Of a stretch of 64,000 bases of DNA, positions 19,299 to 28,505 are shown piece by piece; positions within the stretch are counted from its first letter, which is position 1; each line of letters starts with the position of its first letter. The notes under the pieces are model-generated. The model worked only from the letters and a program-made list of their open reading frames with translations, searched no databases and was not told the DNA's origin. The DNA lies in NCBI GenBank assembly GCA_965223005.1, contig CBDCVK010000002.1, positions 416,001 to 480,000 on the forward strand, in the 5' to 3' direction. Position numbers and translations under genes: made by a program. Source of the stretch: Terriglobia bacterium. Lineage in GTDB: Bacteria > Acidobacteriota > Terriglobia > JAJPHL01 > JAPKYU01.

Positions 19299-19799
19299 AT
19301 GTTCCGCTCGGACCAAAATTTCTCCAGCGAGGAAGTCGCCGTCCTGGCTCGTGTCACTCCCCGCCAACTGCAGTGGTGGGATGAGCGCGGAGTCGTTTCC
19401 CCCGAGCACCAGGGGCACCGGCGCCGCTATCGGCTGGAAGAGCTGATCGAAGTGTCGGTGATTGCCGAGTTGCGCACCAAGGGCTTTTCCCTGCAGAAGA
19501 TTCGCCGAGTGCTGCGGTTCCTGCACCGCGAGCTCGGGCGGCGCCTCTCCGACGTGCTGCGCCCCAGTTCCGAGTATCACCTGCTGACCGACGGTCGCAA
19601 CATCTTCCTGGAGGACAGCCAGCGCAAGATCGTGGACTTGCTGAAGAACTCGCGCCAGCCCGTCATCTCAGTCTGCATCAGTGACCAGGTGAGGCGCTTG
19701 GCGGCTGAGTTCAAGCAGGGAGACATGTTCCGCAAGCGGCCCGAGCGCGAGCTGCCGGTCCGCGGCACTGGCGCGCGGGGCCGCCGCCGCGAGGCCTGA
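19299..19799 (+). CDS. MerR-family transcriptional regulator
   Basis: FSSEEVA..VTPRQLQWWDERGVV..GHRRRY..LRTKGFSLQKIR MerR HTH. Confidence 0.9.
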   Translation: MFRSDQNFSSEEVAVLARVTPRQLQWWDERGVVSPEHQGHRRRYRLEELIEVSVIAELRTKGFSLQKIRRVLRFLHRELGRRLSDVLRPSSEYHLLTDGRNIFLEDSQRKIVDLLKNSRQPVISVCISDQVRRLAAEFKQGDMFRKRPERELPVRGTGARGRRREA

Positions 19800-19878
19800 A
19801 CCCCCCGCAACAGCCCAGGAAGAGATTCTTCGATCGCAGGAGGCCGGGCAGAGTCCTCAGGCGTTTCTACCCACCCGC

Positions 19879-20487
19879 TTAGTCGAGCTCGTTTAGGAAG
19901 TGGCCCAGTTTGTCTCGTTTGGTTTTCAGGTAGTTGCGGCGTAATCCATTGGCCTCGGCCTCGCAGGCGACGCGCTCCCGCACCCGGATGTCGGCCTCCT
20001 CCAGCGCCCGGACCTTGTGGGGGTTGTTGGAAAGCAGGCGGACGGCGCCCACTCCGAGGTGGCGCAAGATGGCGGCCGGCAAGGCGTAGTTGCGCAGGTC
20101 AGCGGCGAAGCCCAGGCGCCGGTTGGCCTCCACCGTGTCCACGCCATGGTCCTGCAGCTCATAGGCTTGCAGCTTGTTCATCAGGCCAATTCCGCGCCCT
20201 TCCTTGTGCTCGTAAATGAGCAGGCCGCAACCCTCGGCCGAGATGTTCTGGAGGGACAATTCGAGCTGGTCCCGGCAGTCGCAACGCAGTGAACCAAATA
20301 CGTCCCCGGTGAGGCATTGGGAATGAATCCGCACCAGGGGTGCTTCGGCCGACGCCGGCTCGCCCATGACCAATGCCACTGCGGCCTCGTCTCCTTGCCG
20401 AAACCCGAAAATTCGGAAACGCCCGTAGCGGGTGGGGAAATCCGCCTCTCCGACCTTTTGGACTGTCGCCGTGGGCTGTGCCTCCAT
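19879..20487 (-). CDS. ribA: GTP cyclohydrolase II
   Basis: VRIHSQCLTGDVFGSLRCDC, EGRGIGL, DLRNY, LLSNNPHK, YLKTKRDKLGH. Confidence 0.96.
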   Translation of the reverse strand: MEAQPTATVQKVGEADFPTRYGRFRIFGFRQGDEAAVALVMGEPASAEAPLVRIHSQCLTGDVFGSLRCDCRDQLELSLQNISAEGCGLLIYEHKEGRGIGLMNKLQAYELQDHGVDTVEANRRLGFAADLRNYALPAAILRHLGVGAVRLLSNNPHKVRALEEADIRVRERVACEAEANGLRRNYLKTKRDKLGHFLNELD

Positions 20488-20596
20488 GCTCGTTCGCCAT
20501 TATAATGCATGCAGCGTGAATTGAGCCGGGCCGGGATTGAATCCGGAAGGCCGAGCCGCTGGGTCTGGCCCGGTATCGGCTGACTCACAACCTGCG

Positions 20597-21958
20597 ATGG
20601 GTTTGGAATCTCAACAGCAACTGCTGGTCACACTGCTGGTAAAAGTTGGCGTCGTGGCTTCCCTGGCCAGCATCCTGGTGCGCTCCGGGGCGTTCAAAGC
20701 GCTGCTGTTCCGGGAACGGCGTGCCCTGGCTCAGAGCCTGCAGCTGGGATTGTTCTTAGGGGTGGCCTTTGGACTGGGAGTGGCCGTGCGGGTCATCCTG
20801 AAGTACAAGGCGCCGGATTTGAGCGTGGAAGGCACCCTGCTGGCCGGCTTGCTGGGCGGCCATCTAGCGGGGGCCGTGGCCGGGGCCCTGGTGGCGCTGC
20901 CCGCTTTGCTCAATGGCCAGTTTGTGGCCCTGCCCTTGTTTGTGATCGTCGGCGTGCTGGGCGGGGTGGCCCGCCGCCTCTCCCCGGAAGTGGAAGAGAT
21001 CTGGCACTTCTCTCCGTTTGTGGATATGAACATCTACCGTTGGTACCGGTACCGCTTCGGCAAGCCCCGCGGCGACTGGCAGATGATGTTCTTCCTTTTT
21101 ATTGTTGCGCTTCAAGCCGGCTGCCTGCTGCTCGGTCGCGCCTCCGAGGGGCGTCTGTATTACCTGGACCCGGTCAACAACCTGCTGTTCTACCTCGACT
21201 CGGCCAACAACCTGCTGAAGGTGGCCATCGTCTTCGCCAGCATTGCTTGTGTGGCTATCCCGATCAAGATCTGGAACAACACCCGTAACGAGATCATGCT
21301 GGAGGAGCACCGCCGCCTGCTGGTGGAAGCGCGTATGGACGCCCTCACCAGCCAGATGCATCCCCACTTCTTGTTCAATGCTTTGAATTCCATCTCTTCG
21401 CTGACCCGGCTGGATCCGGAACTGGCTCGCCGGATGATTCAGAAGCTCTCCAACATCCTGCGACGGCTGCTGCGCCGCCAGGAGACGTTCGCCTCGCTCA
21501 GCGAGGAGCTTGCCTTCGTTGACGACTACCTCGATATCGAGGTCGTGCGTTTCGGCGACGAGAAGTTGCAGATTGTCAAAGAACTGGACCCGGAGACGCT
21601 GGAGATGCAGCTGCCCAGCATGATCCTGCAGCCCATCGTGGAGAACAGCATCCGGCACGGGCTCAGCCCGCGGCTGGCGGGCGGGGTGGTGCGGATTCAC
21701 AGCACGTACCGCGATGGCCGGCTGCTGCTGGAGGTGGAAGACAACGGCGTCGGGATGCTGAGCGAGACCCTGGCCCAGGCGGCCGGTTGCGGTATCGGCC
21801 TCAGCAACGTCCAGGAACGCCTCCGGGTGCTCTACGGCACCGACTTCGGATTCCGCATTAATTCCCAGCCGGGGCGGGGAACTCGGGTTGAGATTGAACT
21901 GCCCGAAGTCGCCATGCCGGCGACGGCAACGCGTTCCCTGGCGCCGGGGGCCGACTGA
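20597..21958 (+). CDS. LytS-type membrane sensor histidine kinase
   Basis: Multiple TM helices, ALTSQMHPHFLFNALN, LQPIVENSIRHG, EDNGVG, GIGLSNV. Confidence 0.93.
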   Translation: MGLESQQQLLVTLLVKVGVVASLASILVRSGAFKALLFRERRALAQSLQLGLFLGVAFGLGVAVRVILKYKAPDLSVEGTLLAGLLGGHLAGAVAGALVALPALLNGQFVALPLFVIVGVLGGVARRLSPEVEEIWHFSPFVDMNIYRWYRYRFGKPRGDWQMMFFLFIVALQAGCLLLGRASEGRLYYLDPVNNLLFYLDSANNLLKVAIVFASIACVAIPIKIWNNTRNEIMLEEHRRLLVEARMDALTSQMHPHFLFNALNSISSLTRLDPELARRMIQKLSNILRRLLRRQETFASLSEELAFVDDYLDIEVVRFGDEKLQIVKELDPETLEMQLPSMILQPIVENSIRHGLSPRLAGGVVRIHSTYRDGRLLLEVEDNGVGMLSETLAQAAGCGIGLSNVQERLRVLYGTDFGFRINSQPGRGTRVEIELPEVAMPATATRSLAPGAD

Positions 21959-22067
21959 AGTTCAGGACGTAGTAGGTTGCGCGTTATGGCGTCGTGCCGG
22001 GGGGCGCGGCGGTCGTTCGCGCCGGGTTCCCCGTGTGGCTCCTGGTACCTTGCTCGTCCTCGACTGA

Positions 22068-22097
22068 TTGACTGAGGGTGTTGGGCCTCGATACGAT
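22068..22097 (+). promoter_or_regulatory. tRNA-Glu promoter
   Basis: TTGACT-N18-TACGAT ending 10 nt before the tRNA. Confidence 0.55.
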
Positions 22098-22107
22098 AGG
22101 CAAACTG

Positions 22108-22185
22108 GTCCCTATCGTCTAGCCCGGCCTAGGACATCGCCCTTTCAAGGCGGAAACGCGGGTTCGAATCCCGCTGGGGACACCA
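22108..22185 (+). tRNA. tRNA-Glu (anticodon TTC)
   Basis: Acceptor GTCCCTA/TGGGGAC, anticodon arm TCGCC-CTTTCAA-GGCGG, GGTTCGAATCC T-loop, encoded CCA. Confidence 0.97.
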
Positions 22186-22576
22186 CTCCTACTCCTACAC
22201 TTACGGGTTCTGGCTCCGGCAGGCTGGCAGGCCCGGTATCGCCCTGGTAACAAACTGTACCGAAAACCGTGTCCAAGCCTCGAACCGCTTCGGCCGGGAA
22301 AGCCGTTTCTTCCGATTCGCTTTCCCGCGGGGTTAGGCCTGGCACCAGTCCTTCGTGTGGGATGCTTCGGTTCCGCATACTCAAACCTTCACGGAGCCTG
22401 TTTTACGTGGAATTTCCGATTTGATTTCGCCCCTCGCCCAAGAGCATACGCCAGCCGCCCTGCCGACTCAAGCGCATCTCCAACGACGTCGGCTGGCTCA
22501 AGGGTTCTTTCTTTCCATTCTGTTCGCTTCAGGAGGATCGGCGAGACGGTTCAAGACTAGGAGAGAGGAATAGCTG

Positions 22577-23857
22577 TTACCAAGCTACAAGCGCATTCTC
22601 AAAGAGCCGGGCAAGCTCCTCTCGCCCGGCCTGGCGTGGCGACAATTTGGTGACGCGATGTTGGGGCAGTGTCCCTTCAACCAGCTTGGGGATGTCATCC
22701 GAACCGTATCCCAGTGCCTTCAACCCGTTCGGGACTTTCAGGCGGTTCATGAAAAAAGTGATCTGATCAGCCAGGATCTTTCCTGCATCCGCCGCATTCG
22801 CTCGAGAGACATCCGCCCCCAGCAGCTCTGCGGCCCGCAGGTGACGCTCCGGGCAGGCCTGCGCCGTAAAGCGGAACACCGCCGGAGAGTTCAGAATCAC
22901 GGAAATGCCGTGTGGCACCAGAGGGTGATCTATCACGTAGCCATCAGGACGAAAGTCGCGCACCATCCCTGAAACCGAGTAAGACATGCCGTGCGGCAAG
23001 TGGACGCCTGCGTTTCCGAATCCGATGCCAGCGTAGGAAGCCGCAAGCAACATCTGGGCGCGTGCTTCCTCGTCGCTCGGATCTTCGACCGCTCGAGGCA
23101 AGTAGCGCGAGACCATTCGCAGTGCTTCGAGGGCCCAGATGTCACTAATCGGATTGGAACCTTGATAGGCAGGGCGAAGGACGGGGCGCTCCGGCAAGGG
23201 GCGCTGATGAAACGGCACTGCTGTATATGACTCGACAGCGTGACTCAGCACGTCCAGCCCTGCCGAAGCGGCAACCTGTGGAGGCAATGTTCGAGTGTTG
23301 TCAGGGTCGAGCAGGCCGAGCATGGGCTTTAAGCGGCGGTCCGCAATCCCGGTCTTGGCATGCAACTTCGCTAAGTCGAAGATCGCCACTCCGGTTGTCT
23401 CGCTGCCGGTGCCGGCCGTGGTTGGGACCGCGATCAGCGGCTTCAAAGAGCCGGGAACCGGCATCCCCTTGCCAAGGGGAAGATTCACATAGTCCAGAAA
23501 ATCTGAAGGTGGGTAAGTGGAGTAGAGATTCGCCGCTTTGGCCGTGTCGATAGTGGACCCGCCGCCCACTGCAACGAAGCCTTCGAACCTTCCCCTGCTT
23601 GCAAACTCAATCGCGCCTTTGAAAGATTCATCGGTTGGTTCAATGCAAACCAGGTCGAACAAGCTGAATTCAACCTTGTTGTCGTTCAAAGACTGGAGAA
23701 CCCGGGCCACTGGGGGTAACTTCCCCAACACCGGGTCCGTGAGCACCATCACCCGCTTTACTTTCATTTCGAGGAGATCCATGCCAATCTCCCGAGTGAC
23801 TCCCCGGCCAAACCGGATGCTGGAAGTTGCCATTTCGAACGCGGTTTCTTGGGTCAT
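22577..23857 (-). CDS. Hydroxyacid-oxoacid transhydrogenase (HOT/ADHFE1-like, iron-containing ADH family)
   Basis: GGGSTIDTAK, PTTAGTGSETT, DVLSHAVESYT, RPAYQGSNPISD, GNAGVHLPHGMSY. Confidence 0.92.
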   Translation of the reverse strand: MTQETAFEMATSSIRFGRGVTREIGMDLLEMKVKRVMVLTDPVLGKLPPVARVLQSLNDNKVEFSLFDLVCIEPTDESFKGAIEFASRGRFEGFVAVGGGSTIDTAKAANLYSTYPPSDFLDYVNLPLGKGMPVPGSLKPLIAVPTTAGTGSETTGVAIFDLAKLHAKTGIADRRLKPMLGLLDPDNTRTLPPQVAASAGLDVLSHAVESYTAVPFHQRPLPERPVLRPAYQGSNPISDIWALEALRMVSRYLPRAVEDPSDEEARAQMLLAASYAGIGFGNAGVHLPHGMSYSVSGMVRDFRPDGYVIDHPLVPHGISVILNSPAVFRFTAQACPERHLRAAELLGADVSRANAADAGKILADQITFFMNRLKVPNGLKALGYGSDDIPKLVEGTLPQHRVTKLSPRQAGREELARLFENALVAW

Positions 23858-24163
23858 GAAGCCAGCCCTTTTGCAGCGTTCAACCTGAGTCTTTGCGTTA
23901 CAGGTGGACGGGTACGATCACCTACAAGAGCAATGTTGCAAGCCTAACATATGCTCGTCACACTTCTGACCGTGGCTTGCTGCTCGCTGGTACCGAACTC
24001 GTAGCATCCTACCATGTCGAAAGACGAATCGCGGGTAGCCGATCGTAACAGTCCCATCCCCGCGCCGGCGACCTTCATCAGTTACAAGAACCACAAGTGT
24101 GTGCGATGATGAATCGCCTCAGCGACGGGTCAGAAGCGCGGGGCGCCTGAGAGGAGAGGCTCG

Positions 24164-25240
24164 ATGAATCTCGGCGTCTTTATGATGCCATTGCATCCAC
24201 CGGAGAAGCAGCGCACGCTATGCTTCGAGGAAGATATCGAGCTGGTAGTTCGCGCCGACGAGCTGGGATTCTCCGAGGCCTGGATTGGGCAGCACCACAC
24301 GCTGGCCTGGGAGCCAATTCCCTCCAGTGACGTGTTCATCGCCAACCTGCTGCCCCGGACCAAGAACATTCGGCTTGGTCCCGGGGTGACCATCGTCCCC
24401 CAGCATCATCCCGCAAACGTAGCCGTCCGGCTCGCTTTGTTGGACCACTTGTCGCGGGGACGGCTGAATTGTGCTTTCGGACAGGGCGGCGTACCGACCG
24501 ATCACGAGTTGTTCAACCTGCCGGACCCCAAGACGCAGGGGCTCATGACCTTGGAAGGCATCGATATGGTTCTGAATTTGTGGCGGGCCGAAGCCCCTTT
24601 CGATTTCCGTGGCCAATTCTGGCGCATCCGGATTGAGAACCCCAACCGTGAACTGGACAGCGGCACCCTGTTGAAACCCTATCAGAAGCCGCACCCGCCT
24701 ATCGCGATGAGTGTGATCAAGGGTCAGTCCATGGCGGCTCAGACGGCTGGGTGCCGGGGCTACATGATGCTCAGCACGAACATGGTGCCCATTTCCACCT
24801 TGACCAGTCACTGGAGGGTCTACTGCGCCGGAGCAGAGCAAGCGGGCCGTCCAGCGCCCAGCCGCTCCCTTTGGCATGTGGCGCGAAGCATCTACGTCGC
24901 CGAGACGGACTCGGAAGCCTGGGAGCATGCCCGGACCGGCACCTTTGCCCGTTCGTTCGCCTACCTGATCCAGCTGCTAAAATCTGCCAACATGCTGAAC
25001 GTCTTCAAGAGCGATCCGGACATGCCGGACTGCGAAGTCACCTCGGAGTATGTGCTGAAAAATCTGTGCGTCATCGGCAGTCCGGGCAGTTGTATCCGCC
25101 AGCTCCAGCAAGCATGGGAACAGACCGGCGGCTTCGGCACCCTGCTGATGATCGCCCACGACTGGGATGATAAGCCGAAGTGGCTGCGCTCGATGGACCT
25201 CCTGGCCAAACACGTGGTGCCGGTGCTTCCCGCAATCTGA
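24164..25240 (+). CDS. LLM-class flavin-dependent oxidoreductase (luciferase-like monooxygenase)
   Basis: LGVFMMPLHP, GFSEAWIGQHH, LDHLSRGR, PYQKPHPPI. Confidence 0.92.
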   Translation: MNLGVFMMPLHPPEKQRTLCFEEDIELVVRADELGFSEAWIGQHHTLAWEPIPSSDVFIANLLPRTKNIRLGPGVTIVPQHHPANVAVRLALLDHLSRGRLNCAFGQGGVPTDHELFNLPDPKTQGLMTLEGIDMVLNLWRAEAPFDFRGQFWRIRIENPNRELDSGTLLKPYQKPHPPIAMSVIKGQSMAAQTAGCRGYMMLSTNMVPISTLTSHWRVYCAGAEQAGRPAPSRSLWHVARSIYVAETDSEAWEHARTGTFARSFAYLIQLLKSANMLNVFKSDPDMPDCEVTSEYVLKNLCVIGSPGSCIRQLQQAWEQTGGFGTLLMIAHDWDDKPKWLRSMDLLAKHVVPVLPAI

Positions 25241-25313
25241 GGATCGGCGGAATTATGACTACGAAGTTAGAATTGGGAACCCGATTATAGGGACATCGAT
25301 TGGAGTTGGGGAC

Positions 25314-26483
25314 GTGGAAAAGCAATTGCATGGGGGCGTTGGACGCTTGAGGCCCCCTCATGCGCTGTTTCCCGCCGCTTGCCTACTAACGGTCTGGCTG
25401 CTGTCGGGTACGGACAAAGCGCAACCGCTGAAGCAGACAGACGTTTTCGTCAGCGGCGCCGACGGCTACCTTTCCTATCGCATCCCGGCTCTAGTTGCCA
25501 CCAACCGAGGCACGCTTCTGGCTTTCTCCGAAGCCGAACGGCGGAACCCCGGCCCCGCGGATCACGGCGATATCGATCTGGTTCTCAAGCGATCCACGGA
25601 CGGCGGTCACAGCTGGAGTCGACAACAGGTCGTTTATGCCGAAGGTGGCAGCAAAAACATCACGATTGGAAACCCCGCTCCAGTGGTCGACCGCGACAAC
25701 GGCATTGTCTGGTTGGCGTTCTGCCGCAATAACAGGGACGTCTTTATCACCCAAAGCCAAGACGATGGGAAGACATGGGTGGAACCGAGGCGCATCACCC
25801 AGGATGTGAAGAAACCGGATTGGGACTGGTATGCGACCGGACCGGGGAGCGGAATCCAGTTGCGCTCCGGACCGAACAAGGGCCGTCTTGTGATTCCTTG
25901 TGATCACATCGTGGGCGCATGGCATAGGGACATGGAGACGAAGGGACGCTCTCATGTCATTTATTCCGATGATCACGGCAAGACGTGGAAGCCTGGGCAG
26001 GGCACCGATTACGCGATGAACGAAAGCACAATCGTCGAGCTGGTCGACGGTACTTTGATGTTAAACATGCGCAGCTATCGTGGAAAGAATCGCCGGGCGG
26101 TAGCCATCAGCAAAGATGGCGGCCTCAGTTGGTCGGCGAGCAGCGATGATGCAACGCTGGTCGAAGCCGTCTGCCAGGCCAGTATTCTTCGTTATACTTG
26201 GCCGGAGCAGAACGGGAAGAGTCGAATCTTGTTTTCCAATCCCGCCAGCACGACTCGCGACCATGTGACGGTGCGTCTCAGCTACGATGACGGCAAAACA
26301 TGGCCGATCTCGAAGCTGCTCCATGAGGGCCCCTCAGCCTACTCGAATCTGGCCGTGTTGTCGGATGGGTCGATCGCCTGTCTTTACGAGCGCGGTGCCC
26401 AACAACCCTACGAAACAATCACTTTTGCACGATTTGCGCTCGACTGGTTGACCGATGGAAAAGATACGCTGGCTCTCCCTTAA
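25314..26483 (+). CDS. Secreted sialidase-family glycoside hydrolase (GH33)
   Basis: YRIP motif, five Asp-boxes (SxDGGxSW/SxDDGKTW), SAYSNL..LYERG; start estimated at GTG 25314. Confidence 0.9.
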   Translation: MEKQLHGGVGRLRPPHALFPAACLLTVWLLSGTDKAQPLKQTDVFVSGADGYLSYRIPALVATNRGTLLAFSEAERRNPGPADHGDIDLVLKRSTDGGHSWSRQQVVYAEGGSKNITIGNPAPVVDRDNGIVWLAFCRNNRDVFITQSQDDGKTWVEPRRITQDVKKPDWDWYATGPGSGIQLRSGPNKGRLVIPCDHIVGAWHRDMETKGRSHVIYSDDHGKTWKPGQGTDYAMNESTIVELVDGTLMLNMRSYRGKNRRAVAISKDGGLSWSASSDDATLVEAVCQASILRYTWPEQNGKSRILFSNPASTTRDHVTVRLSYDDGKTWPISKLLHEGPSAYSNLAVLSDGSIACLYERGAQQPYETITFARFALDWLTDGKDTLALP

Positions 26484-26590
26484 CTGAGAATCTTTCCTGG
26501 ATGATCAAAGAATCCTCCTTAAAATAATCCTCCCGAAGTAGGGGAGATTCATCAATACGCTGACATTTGTGACGAGGGCGACGGGTCGCG

Positions 26591-28300
26591 TCATCTCTTC
26601 GCATCTGTCTCTACGACCCGGTAGGCTGCTGAGCCGACAGTGTCTGTCGGACCGGTGAAGCCTGGTCCTCCTGCTGCAACGTAGCCCCGGCTGGCTCCGT
26701 TCTTTTCGGGACTGACCCAGAAGGCGTACAGACTGCCCTTTCTTAGGTGAAAACGGAACCGCACTGGTGTGCCCGCCACGGTAGACAGATCCTTGGCCCC
26801 TTTCCAAGTGACGCGCTGAAGCGTCTTGTCGGCCGTCACGGCTACGCAGTTTTGGCGGTTAAGCGGCTCGATAACTTTGCCATCTGCACCAAGGACCTCG
26901 ACACGCAGCTCTCCGCCGTCAGCATCGGCGTTGACGAACAGGTACTTGCCCGTGAATCGCACAGGTCTTGTGGTCAGCACACCTGGAGCCTTGCCCGCGT
27001 CCATTGACGCAAAGCCGTCACGCCGTAGCATGGCTAGACCCGTACTGGCCCTTCCGTCCCAATACTCCGCCGACCGGTTACGGCCGCTCATGTAGAAGTA
27101 GAGCTTGTCTCCGACCACCAAGCAACCGCCCCCAGCAGACTGCACGTTGCCCCAGTTCCAATCTCCGTCTTTCTCCGTGACCCTCAAGAAACGTCGGCGG
27201 TCGGGGCGATACCAGTGAAACCCATCCCGGCTGAACCCGAGCAAGACCTCGTTTCGTTTTTGGATTCTGAGCCGAGCGCATTCCCGGTTGGGCGGCCCCT
27301 GATGAACGGTAAACAGTCCGAGCATCAGGCTTTCATAGGCAACAGCGTCCAGGTTGTAGAGCTGCGGCTTGATCTTGGGGAACTTGGGGTGGTGCGGATC
27401 AAGCCTGTCGGCGCCCACCCAGAGGACCTTGTCCTCGTCTTTCCAATTCAATCCCGCTACCGGATTTGAGTGCTCTCGGTAGGCGCGTGACCGTCCCAGG
27501 GGGGAGCTGGATTTTAAGTTGATCCGCAGACTGTAGACCCACACCTTGCGGAAGGGGTTGTAGAAGACGGTCGTCCTGTCACCGATTTTCGGGGAGGTCG
27601 CCAAGGGCTCGGACCAGTGGATCCCGTCCGGCGAACAGCGCAGCGTTAGCCGCCATCCTTTCTGGCTTGCCGTGGCGAACATCTTGTATCGGCAGCTGGA
27701 GTCCTTTTCCTCGTGGTCCAACCAGACCGTGCTCGAATCCCGGTTGTGCGTTAACGTAATGTTGGTACCCTCTTCGACATTGAGCGCAGGTTTGTCCCAG
27801 TGGATCCCGTCCTTGCTTGTGGCGTAGCTAGTGGTCCGCAGGTATCCGCCGGTGTACCACATCTTGAAGAGCCCGTCTGCGGGATCATGCCAAACGCCGT
27901 CGCTGTAAACCGCCGCGAAGGGAACTGTGTCCTTCTGTTCCCCCGGCTGGTCGCTGTAAATCGGCTCGAAGGGAGGTCTTCCTTTCTGCTCCCACGGTCT
28001 GTCATAAGTCACGACAGGGTTTTCGGGATGGTACTCGGGGAGGTGAAACGTCCGTTTGAGCGTGGTCTGTTCGATGAGGAAATCGTCCACGAAGAGTTGG
28101 CGGCCAACGTCTATGGGAACGACTTCCGGCGGCGCCTCAAGATACGGTACGCGCATTGGTTCACGCGTGAGGGTGCCGTAGTTCGGTGGCCAATCCTTGG
28201 GAAGCTTTATCCCATTGTAGAGGTCCTCCGCTTCCCCGAAGACGGACAACACCAAACCAAAAAGGATGAGAATCGAACAGTGCTTTACATACTTAGTCAT
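26591..28300 (-). CDS. Secreted five-bladed beta-propeller glycosidase (GH32/GH43-like)
   Basis: Signal peptide, GRQLFVDD, repeated SxDGxHW, LRRDGFASM, C-terminal beta-sandwich. Confidence 0.8.
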   Translation of the reverse strand: MTKYVKHCSILILFGLVLSVFGEAEDLYNGIKLPKDWPPNYGTLTREPMRVPYLEAPPEVVPIDVGRQLFVDDFLIEQTTLKRTFHLPEYHPENPVVTYDRPWEQKGRPPFEPIYSDQPGEQKDTVPFAAVYSDGVWHDPADGLFKMWYTGGYLRTTSYATSKDGIHWDKPALNVEEGTNITLTHNRDSSTVWLDHEEKDSSCRYKMFATASQKGWRLTLRCSPDGIHWSEPLATSPKIGDRTTVFYNPFRKVWVYSLRINLKSSSPLGRSRAYREHSNPVAGLNWKDEDKVLWVGADRLDPHHPKFPKIKPQLYNLDAVAYESLMLGLFTVHQGPPNRECARLRIQKRNEVLLGFSRDGFHWYRPDRRRFLRVTEKDGDWNWGNVQSAGGGCLVVGDKLYFYMSGRNRSAEYWDGRASTGLAMLRRDGFASMDAGKAPGVLTTRPVRFTGKYLFVNADADGGELRVEVLGADGKVIEPLNRQNCVAVTADKTLQRVTWKGAKDLSTVAGTPVRFRFHLRKGSLYAFWVSPEKNGASRGYVAAGGPGFTGPTDTVGSAAYRVVETDAKR

Positions 28301-28505
28301 GAGACTCACCGCTTTCTTACTTCGTGTGGGCTTCGACACGGCCAGGGGGTTGGAAAGATTCTTTCGAAATACCAAACCCGCGAGAGAGCATCTTAGGCCG
28401 CTCCTGCGGGCAAGTCAATCGAGGGGCATACTGCCGCTGACATTTTTTCTGGTGACCGTAGGTGCTCGCAATACCCAGCACGAAGGCGTGCGCAGCTTAC
28501 CGGGA

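Noticed and set aside
25167-25313. N-terminal extension of the sialidase overlapping the LLM gene
   Set aside because: The signal-peptide position and RBS favour a later start
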